From Octopus sinensis (taxonomy: Eukaryota), in assembly GCF_006345805.1 (NCBI RefSeq), contig NW_021828166.1, positions 1 through 9,031 on the forward strand: a DNA stretch of 9,031 nucleotides, written 5' to 3'. Shown here piece by piece: positions 1-7,423 of this stretch. The notes under the pieces are model-generated. The model made no database searches. It was given only the letters and a program-made list of their open reading frames with translations, and had not been told where the DNA came from. Position numbers and translations under genes: made by a program. Each line of letters begins with the position of its first letter. Positions within the stretch are counted from its first letter, which is position 1.

Positions 1-26
1 GTGTGTGTGTGTGTGTGTGTGTGTGT
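1..26. repeat. (GT)n microsatellite, truncated by window edge
   Basis: 13 perfect GT units. Confidence 0.97.
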
Positions 27-327
27 ACGTAGGTATCTGTTGCTTGCTAAGAAATGCTGTTCACGTGTTATGGATTATTAATTGCGAATTCCAGCAAATC
101 CACTTTAAGCAATTAAATCCACAATGTTATTTCGCGAAAGGAAACTTCCGAGAGCTGATCCGGTTCGGACGTGATGTGGTTTATATTTTAACGTGAAAGA
201 ATTAAAAGAATAGGATAGCCTACAGAAAGACGACATTAACAGCTTCAACAGCAGCAACAGCAAAAACAGAAATGGCAGTGTACGAGGAGGAAAAAGAAGT
301 CGTCGCCATGTTGTAGTATAATCTGTA

Positions 328-349
328 TGTGTGTGTGTGTGTGTGTGTG
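328..349. repeat. (TG)n microsatellite
   Basis: 11 perfect TG units. Confidence 0.95.
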
Positions 350-496
350 ACACAATTCAATCGATTCTATCCTCTAGCTTACGAACGAACAATCTCTAAT
401 TCTAAAGCAACGGGAGAATTTTGTCTGAAATAGCCGGTATTTATCCGTCGCAATTGGTATTCACAACGTATCGTCTGCTTTTTCCTTCTACCGTTT

Positions 497-541
497 CTGT
501 TTTGTTTGTTTTATTTTATTTTATTTTATTTTTGTTGTTGC
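497..541. repeat. T-rich low-complexity tract with (TTTTA)n
   Basis: TTTG, TTTTA and TTG runs seen directly. Confidence 0.8.
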
Positions 542-670
542 TCTTGTTGATATTGTTGTCCTTTTTTGCTTCCGTTTTCTTTTTGCCAGCTCTACTGCTG
601 ACCAACCAGTAAATCTCTTACAAATTCTTCACCATGTTCACTTTCGGTTCGTCTTCTTTTGGAGGGGTTT

Positions 671-710
671 CTGTTCGGTTTTGTTCGGTTCTGTTCGGTT
701 ATGTCCGGCT
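671..710. repeat. 10-bp tandem repeat x4 (consensus NTGTTCGGTT)
   Basis: ctgttcggtt / ttgttcggtt / ctgttcggtt / atgtccggct. Confidence 0.85.
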
Positions 711-951
711 TTGTTGGAATTTAAAACAACAAAAAAAACTGAATCCCATACAAACATCAAATGAAATAACTTCGATCAAAGTGTGAGGGCAATACTAGAG
801 GAGCGTGGGGGTTGGTGGGCAAGTTTATGAATTTATTTTCATTCTTTCTATGAATGTATGTGTAAATGTGTCTCTGGGGTGATGTGAGCACGTTTTTACG
901 CGTGTGTGAATTTCTGTATGTTTTTACAGGGTGCGGCGAAAAAACAACTTC

Positions 952-1366
952 GGATCTTTTCGGTTTGAACGGCAGTTTTTTCTAGCGGTGTCATATGAAA
1001 TTGTCACCCATAATTATGACCCTAGTATCGATCTATTGCATTTCAATCTGTTTTAGGGTTAGGGTTAGGGGCGGGGGAAAGGGTATCTTTTTTTCTTCAC
1101 AAATGTAAATAAACCCAATCTGTTTCTTAAACGAGGGACATATTCATACGACAGAATGTTTTTTACCTCAATGGACGTCATTGATTGGTTGAAATTGCAG
1201 AAATTGAAGAAAAAAAACAACAAATATCTTACAAACCATAGAATTTTCTCAATAAAGCCAAGAGAAAAAGATGTTTTATAAACACATTCTACCAGTATAC
1301 GAAGTTTAAAAGTGTTTAGTTACCTAGAAATTATGTTAAAAACTGCCGTTCAAACCGAAAAGATCT
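952..1366. mobile_element. Non-autonomous DNA transposon (MITE), 415 bp, 8-bp TSD; possibly Merlin superfamily
   Basis: Perfect 28-bp TIR GATCTTTTCGGTTTGAACGGCAGTTTTT (953-980) and its reverse complement (1338-1365); only the terminal base is mismatched (G952/T1366). Exact direct repeat ACAACTTC at 944-951 and 1367-1374. No ORF. Superfamily assignment (GG terminus plus 8-bp TSD) is inference. Confidence 0.93.
1053..1070 (+). repeat. (TTAGGG)3 telomeric-type hexamers inside the MITE
   Basis: ttagggttagggttaggg, followed by GCGGGGGAAAGGG. Confidence 0.9.
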
Positions 1367-1905
1367 ACAACTTCCCACATTAGCTACATGAAGGCACCAT
1401 TATCCTCTACATAACTACTGTAACGCCACAACAATGGCCGTGTCAAATAGAGGTTTTTTTGCCGCACCTTGTATGGCCGCAGTACAATGAATAAAACGAA
1501 AACCAATAACGAAATAAAAAGAAAGAAGACACTGCAGAGCATCTTGACCTGGGAATAACCCATCCACCAACAACAGTAATTCCAAGCTGCAGAGGCACTT
1601 GTTTTACTATGGAGCAACATCGGTGGTAAAAAGACAAGGGAAGACTTGCATGCACGGGTAACTTAAGGACTTCCAAATAAAACTGTATCTAGATGAGAAC
1701 CGAGAGGAGGCAATATTCCCGGTGCCCACCCATGGTTACATGAGGCATACGGAAGCCGCGGAAGGCGTTTAGTGTGTGTGTGTTTCTTTCTATCTATCTC
1801 TTTATATAAGTTCAGTAAAAATTTAGATTTAGATGAAAATGGTACTTAAGTTGAAGGCACCAGAATTTAGTACGGTATTATCCATATAATTTAAAATAAG
1901 GTGAT

Positions 1906-2023
1906 TATAATCCAAATAAGCAACAAGGATATCCAGAGGTAATGCAGTATGATCGTTAATGGAGTCGCATGAAACGATCGTACTGCTTACCTCTGGATAT
2001 CCTTGTTGCTTATTTGGATTATA
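1906..2023. repeat. Long inverted repeat (fold-back), arms 52/51 bp, 15-nt spacer
   Basis: 1906-1957 equals the reverse complement of 1973-2023 except for one 1-bp indel and one substitution (T1950 opposite G1980). Confidence 0.95.
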
Positions 2024-2153
2024 TACATATATATATTATATATATATATATATACTATATATATAATACACCCCACACCATACATACACATACATACATA
2101 TATGTGCATGTGTGTGTGTATATATAGTGTGTATGCATATACATTTATGTACA
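2021..2153. repeat. Compound (TA)n/(TACA)n/(TG)n microsatellite
   Basis: alternating purine-pyrimidine runs seen directly. Confidence 0.9.
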
Positions 2154-2338
2154 TAGTAGGTCGACTCTGTCGCAACGCTGCCGATAAAAATATTAGTCAT
2201 GCACGTATCTTCATAAATTGCTCAAAGTGAAACTTTTTTAAAGCATGTGTTGCGTTTTCATGTTGAAAAACACAAAAAACGTGCGCATGCGCACAAACAA
2301 ACAGTCAAAAACTATATATATATCTTTATCTTTTATAT

Positions 2339-2417
2339 CTTACTTATTTCAGCCATTAGAGTGCAGCCATGATGGAGCACTACCTTGAAAAATGTTTTAG
2401 CCGAATGGATCTACCCC
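2339..2417. mobile_element. Degenerate fragment of an abundant octopus-type interspersed repeat
   Basis: ttacttatttcagccattagagtgcagccatgatggagcactacctt...tagccgaatggatctacccc resembles the recalled repeat start ttacttgtttcagtcatt.gactgcggccatgctggagcaccgcctt...tagtcga...atcgacccc. Recall only, not searched. Confidence 0.55.
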
Positions 2418-2496
2418 ATAATATATATAAATATATGCATATATACATACATATATGTACATACCTACATATATATGTATATATACATGCATATAT
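2418..2496. repeat. (TA)n/(TACA)n compound microsatellite
   Basis: seen directly. Confidence 0.9.
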
Positions 2497-2810
2497 GGGT
2501 ACAGAACATCAAACAAAAAAGTCCAACACAATGAGAAATGAAAACATAAAAACAAAAACATAGAAACGAACTTTTTTTCGAACAACGAAAACAACAAACA
2601 GAGAAACGAGAATACAACATAAAGAATATTCCTCTTCTTCAGTTGTCCCTGTTTCATCTACTCCACGTTGCGAAGACAAGGACAAGACGCGACTTCGTTG
2701 AAACAGTCCTTCCCGCAAAGCAAATTAAATAAAATTTGGAACTTTTTGCGGATGGTGAAAAGTGGTAACAAGAACAGGACAGTGAGAACAAAACAGTAAA
2801 AACAAACAAT
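2497..2810. mobile_element. Probable interspersed repeat remnant, strongly A-skewed (possibly Penelope-like terminal region)
   Basis: A-rich, strand-skewed block starting GGGTACAG directly after a TA microsatellite; resembles recalled octopus repeats. No TIR, TSD or coding signal. Confidence 0.35.
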
Positions 2811-2886
2811 GAAGGCTGTTAAGCCAAGACGATAGAGAAATTCTGAACGCTAGGAGGACGAGCTTATGAAGAGACAGTATAAGCAC

Positions 2887-2887
<1 letters not shown>

Positions 2888-2946
<59 letters not shown>

Positions 2947-2963
2947 TGTGTGTGTGTGTGTGT
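2888..2963. repeat. (TA)n(TG)n compound microsatellite
   Basis: about 15 TA units followed by about 22 TG units. Confidence 0.97.
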
Positions 2964-3118
2964 ATACTTTTCGGGATTAACAATGTTACCAATGGTTTCA
3001 CGTGAAAAGGATTTCCACTATCTTCAAGCCGTACACTTTTCACATTAAACAATCAGCATTGTTTTTTCTATCTATAAAGAACATTTATCCACCAAATGCA
3101 CTCTCGTTGTTCGATACG

Positions 3119-3384
3119 ATATATATCTGTCTGTATATAAACGCATATATGTAAATAAATAGATAATATATACACGTGCATGTACATATATGCACACATA
3201 TAAACATAACTGCACACATACATTCATACATACAAACGTAGCACATAGATACTAAAACACATACATACATTCCTGCATACGTGCATACATGCATACACAT
3301 GCACACACAGACAGACATACAAACACACAGTCATATACATGTACAGACACCCCCCCACACACACCCACACATATATATATGTAT
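3119..3384. repeat. Degenerate (TA)/(CA)/(CATA) microsatellite field
   Basis: seen directly. Confidence 0.85.
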
Positions 3385-3561
3385 ATTTTTTAGCAATCTT
3401 GATAAGAACCAAACATTAAACGTTACTTTTGGCAACCGCCCAAAAAATCAGATTTTTTTCTAATATACTCAGAATATCGATAAAACAATTCTTTTAAAAT
3501 AAATTAACCAAGATCGATCACTTTTCTTTGTGTTTTGTTGATTTTTTTTTTCTTTTTGTGT

Positions 3562-3580
3562 GAGAGAGAGAGAGAGAGAG
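3562..3580. repeat. (GA)n microsatellite
   Basis: about 9.5 GA units. Confidence 0.92.
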
Positions 3581-3793
3581 TGTGTGTTTAGTTCGGAATA
3601 TTTTTGACAGCATCCTCAGTCAAAATGGCCGCAACTATGAAAAATTACTGCAAGTTTATTTTGGGCGTCATCTAATTGCGGTATATAATGTAGCATGACT
3701 GTGGAATTACTGATTGCCACACCACCCACCCCACTCACCCTCGCACAGCAGAAGTCCGCATACAGACACACCACTTGTATACATACATAAGTG

Positions 3794-3852
3794 GACAGGC
3801 AGACAGGCAGACAAGTAGACAGACAGACAGTCAGACTGACAGACAGACAGAC

Positions 3853-3885
<33 letters not shown>

Positions 3886-3916
3886 GAGAGAGAGAGACAG
3901 AGACAGACAGACAGAC

Positions 3917-3981
<65 letters not shown>

Positions 3982-4028
3982 AACAGATAGATAGATAGAT
4001 AGTCAGACAGACAGACAGACAGACAGAC

Positions 4029-4070
<42 letters not shown>

Positions 4071-4092
4071 GCAGACACAGACAGAAGATAGT

Positions 4093-4138
<46 letters not shown>

Positions 4139-4189
4139 TATAGATAGATAGACAGATAGGCAGACAGACAGACAGATATATATTATATT

Positions 4190-4232
<43 letters not shown>

Positions 4233-4318
4233 TATAGATAGATCGATAGATAGATAGGCAGACAGACAGACAGATATATATATATATATATATATATAGA
4301 TAGATAGATAGATAGATA
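3794..4318. repeat. (GATA)n/(GACA)n compound tetranucleotide array, left flank of the LINE
   Basis: long GATA and GACA runs with GGCA, GA and TA interruptions. Confidence 0.97.
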
Positions 4319-4324
4319 TGTTTC

Positions 4325-4330
4325 TTTATT
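4325..4330 (-). promoter_or_regulatory. AATAAA polyadenylation signal at the LINE 3' end
   Basis: plus-strand TTTATT about 5 nt from the element/microsatellite junction. Confidence 0.7.
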
Positions 4331-4710
4331 AGCCACACAGGGCTGCACACAGATAGAACAAATTACAAGGTAGAGCTTTTCTTTTGAAGGTTTAAAAAAA
4401 AAAAAAAAAAAAAGGAAGGGGGAGTTTCGATCAAAAGGGATCGTAAAAGGAGAGAAAGAGGACAAAAAAAAGGGGGGGTTAAAAAAAAAAAAAAAAAAGG
4501 GGGGAGAGGAAAAAAAAATTGATCAATAGGGATCGTTATCACAGAAATGTCAATATGAAGTGTAAAGGGGAGGACAGGTGAGGTTTACCCGTGGAAAGAA
4601 AAGCCTACGGAAAAGACCACGGTAACCTCGGTCAATGAAGTCACATTTTATATTTCTTTTTTTTTTTTTTTTTTTGCAAATAAGCAACTCTCTGTTTTCG
4701 ATTTCTGGGT

Positions 4711-5955
4711 TCATAGGACTATGCTCAAGGTGGCTTCGTCATTCATACGTGCCATTCTTGCTACATTCAACCCATCTTTTTTTAAAACATTCGCTAGACA
4801 AAACTTGCCTCTCTACTCTCACTTTCCTTTTCAAGTGGTACTTGAAGAAGTTGATGAGAGATTGACCAGAGAGGAAAGTGTTTGTCTCCAATCCTTTCAG
4901 ACGCGTCCACCAGATACATTCTTTCGCCATAGCCACAAGGATGATGAAAATAGCTCTTCCTTCCCGTTTGAAGGAAGGAGGTGTGACAATATTGACGATA
5001 GACTCAGCTGATAAACCGACCGTCCCACACGTGACAGCAGTTGTTCGACATAAGCCCACAGGTCCGGAAATTTTTGGACACTGAACGAGTGCGTGCAGAA
5101 CGGTTTCGTCGCTCTGACCGCATCTCGGGCAGGTCGGCCCCGTGTTTCTCGAGCCGTGTCTGTAGAGCTTATCCGAACGGGTAGCGCTTCTCGGTAGCAC
5201 TGCCAGGCCAGGGATCTCTGGAAGTTGTCCATGGGCCCTGGCCCGAAAGTCGTCCCGAACAGGCGGGTCAGGTACTCCTCGTCGACGTCCAGGTTCGCCC
5301 CGAGCTCGTCGTCGTACCTCCCCTCCACTAAACCCCTATAGAATGCTTTGGTTGTTTGAAGTCACTTAAGGTCGACCCAGGACGGCAGAGTTGCTTGAGA
5401 GCAACGCGACACTCGCGGTGCCATTCGCCCTTCCTCGGCCTCTTTTTGATCCACGACTGCAGTTCGGTCATGGAGACGAAGCTGCGGGAAAGCGTGCCTC
5501 ACAAACGGCGACCACACCTGTTCACCGTCGTCTACATAGAGCCAGAGATGTCGCAGTCTCAGCGCGTGTCTGCGCATCATCATCAACCACGGCATGCCCA
5601 GCCCTCCTTTTAACGGGTGTTGACAGCAAATGGATCGCCTGACCATCGGGACGCATCCTTTCCACAAGAAGCGAAAGAGGATGCGTTGTAGTTTGGTGAT
5701 GGTAGGGTCGTACAAGGTACGACGGTCAGGCGGTAGTAGATGACGGACGCGATGTACGTGTTCGCCACCTCCGCTCGACCTTTTAGGGACAGTTTCCTCT
5801 CGGCCCATTGCCGGCGAGAGTGACCACCCTACTCGTTATCTCGTTCCAGTTCTTCTCCACTTGGAGGTCCGGACCGAACCAGCCCCGAGCAACTCAACCG
5901 GGCCGTCGGTCCAGCGTCCCACGACGGAGGCGCTGGTGGACGGCATGGGCTTGCT
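4711..5955 (-). pseudogene. Frameshifted ORF2 remnant: end of RT domain, thumb region and CCHC (zf-RVT-like) zinc knuckle
   Basis: Joining frames gives PVELLG.WFGPDLQVEKNW, QWAERKLSLKGRAEVANTYIASVIYYRL, LFRFLWKG, HPLKGGLGMP (GGLG 5607-5596), AWQCYREALPVRDKL, CPRCGQSDETVLHALVQC (CX2CX8HX4C, 5131-5078) and AKECIWWTR, all L1/Tx1 ORF2 hallmarks. Inferred native stop TGA at 4713-4711. Confidence 0.9.
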
Positions 5956-5956
5956 T

Positions 5957-6023
5957 AGATAGATAGATAGATAGATAGACAGATAGGCAGACAGACAGAC
6001 AGATATATATATATATATATATA

Positions 6024-6086
<63 letters not shown>
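5957..6086. repeat. (GATA)n/(GACA)n/(TA)n array, right flank of the LINE
   Basis: seen directly; same sub-pattern as 4142-4318. Confidence 0.97.
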
Positions 6087-6088
<2 letters not shown>

Positions 6089-6129
6089 TTATATTATATT
6101 ATATTATATATTGTATTTGTTAAAATTTT

Positions 6130-6245
6130 TACTGATGTCGGCCATTGGATGGCAGCGATGTTGGGGTGCAGAGTTCAAGCGTTTTTAACCAATCATATCG
6201 ACCGCTGTACTTCTCAGTCTCGTATTTAATTTGCTGACCTATAGA
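6130..6245. mobile_element. Highly degenerate SINE-like fragment
   Basis: atatcgaccgctgtactt...cgtatttaatttgctgacc weakly resembles the recalled octopus SINE segment acatcgaccccagt...ggtacttattttatcgaccc. Recall only. Confidence 0.35.
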
Positions 6246-6246
6246 G

Positions 6247-6844
6247 TATGTATATGTGTATATATGCATGTTGGTACGTATGTATATATATATCTATGCA
6301 TATATATGTATACATGTATATGTATGAATGTATATATTTATGCATATGTATGTGTGTATATATTTATGTAAATGTATATATATATATATTATGTGTGTGT
6401 GTGTGTGTGTGTGTGTGTTTATGTATATGCATATATCTATGTATGCATATGTGTAGGCATTTATGCACACACGTATGCATATGCATGTATATGTATGTAT
6501 GTGTACATGTATATATGTATTTATGTATATTTGCACATGTGTATATACGCGTGTTTGTAAGTTTATATGTATGTGTGTATATGTGCATGTATGTATGTAT
6601 GTATGTATGTATGTTTGTATGTATGTATGCATGTATGTATGTATGTGTGTGTATGTATGTGTGTATGTGCGTACGTACGTGTGTATGTATGTATGTATGT
6701 ATGTATGTATGTATGTATGTATGTCTGTATGTATGTATGTATGTATGTATGTATGTATATATGTATGTGTGTGTGTGTGTCTGTGTGCGCGCGTGTGTGT
6801 GTGTGTGTGTCTGTGTGTGTGTGTGTCTGTGTGTGTGTGTGTGT
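6247..6844. repeat. Large compound (TATG)n/(TA)n/(TG)n microsatellite
   Basis: about 600 bp of alternating purine-pyrimidine repeats; source of the spurious C/V/Y/M and H/T/I/Y ORFs. Confidence 0.97.
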
Positions 6845-6901
6845 ATCGATCCCGAAAGGATGAAAAACAAAGGTCACTTTTCATCCTTTTCCTGTTCGAT
6901 A
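6844..6901. repeat. Short inverted repeat built from a SINE-like motif
   Basis: AAAGGATGAAAA (6855-6866) pairs perfectly with TTTTCATCCTTT (6878-6889); outer TATCGA (6844-6849) pairs with TCGATA (6896-6901). Confidence 0.75.
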
Positions 6902-7033
6902 GACAAAAGTCTCAATCCGCCGGTGGGCGAGAGCCAATTCTTGGAACTGCCAGATATATACATGTGTATGCATTTATATGTATGTATACGTATGTGCATG
7001 TGTTTGCGTCAGTACTCGTGTATATGTTTGCAT

Positions 7034-7096
7034 GCAGTATAGCCCGAATGGCTAAGAAGTTGGCACCATAATCATCGAGTCCCAGTTTCGATTCCG
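7034..7096 (+). mobile_element. Degenerate tRNA-derived SINE head (Pol III A- and B-box remnants)
   Basis: A-box-like TAGCCCGAATGG (7040-7051) and B-box-like GTTTCGATTCC (7085-7095) at tRNA-like spacing; no convincing cloverleaf. Confidence 0.5.
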
Positions 7097-7423
7097 TCTC
7101 CAGAAGGTGATCTCCGGCATGCATTGATTGATTTCGGTGTCAAGTGCTGCAAAGAAGGAATGGAAATTAGTGTTTCGAAGACTGAGACACTGGTTCTCTC
7201 AAGAGAGTTTTCTCATTGTTCTCTGCATATTAGTGGAACATCACTGAAACAAAAATAGAGGCTTAAGGATCTCGGGGAAATATTCACGAGTGACGAGAGG
7301 CAGGAGACTGATTCGAATGCTCGAGAAGTTGTCAAAAAAAAGCCAAACTTGCTGTCTTCAATTGGCTTTTCGTGCTTCTTCTCACCTCTGGTCGTGAATG
7401 CTGGAGTAATGTTACTCGACAGC

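Larger units (their letters stand above)
927..1471. mobile_element. Tc1/mariner-type non-autonomous element (MITE), about 122 bp once the nested insert and one TSD copy are removed
   Basis: TA at 925-926 and 1472-1473. Left end CAGGGTGCGGCGAAAAAA (927-944) matches the reverse complement of 1454-1471 (CAAGGTGCGGCAAAAAAA) at 16/18. TA-CAGGGTG termini are typical of Tc1/mariner elements. Confidence 0.8.
4320..5956 (-). mobile_element. 5'-truncated non-LTR retrotransposon, L1/Tx1 clade
   Basis: GC-rich block whose minus strand encodes an ORF2 C-terminal region, then a T/C-rich 3' UTR ending AATAAA-GAAAC (AATAAA at 4330-4325). Both ends abut (AGAT)5. Confidence 0.92.

Noticed and set aside
211-320. 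Possible coding exon (DSLQKDDINSFNSSNSKNRNGSVRGGKRSRRH)
   Set aside because: No polypyrimidine acceptor, low-complexity AAC/AGC content and no recognisable domain
1053-1070. True telomere or chromosome fusion site
   Set aside because: Only three units, lying inside a TIR/TSD-bounded element
2625-2680. Hammerhead ribozyme on the minus strand (CTGAAGA at 2642-2636)
   Set aside because: No GAAA follows a closing stem II, the upstream candidate reads GCAAC rather than GAAAC, and stems I and III cannot be built convincingly; at most a decayed relic
3707-4465. 252-aa minus-strand ORF (YLSI repeats)
   Set aside because: Translation of (TATC)n plus part of the LINE 3' UTR
4394-4520. Poly-A tails of separate plus-strand retroposons
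   Set aside because: They lie between the ORF2 stop and AATAAA of the minus-strand LINE, so they are T-tracts of its 3' UTR
4635-5642. Plus-strand ORFs overlapping the LINE
   Set aside because: Antisense shadows of a GC-rich ORF2 with no recognisable motifs
6248-7071. Long ORFs of 98-264 aa on both strands
   Set aside because: Translations of (TATG)n/(TG)n, which lack stop codons by composition
7034-7105. Functional tRNA gene
   Set aside because: Only A/B-box remnants; acceptor and anticodon stems do not pair
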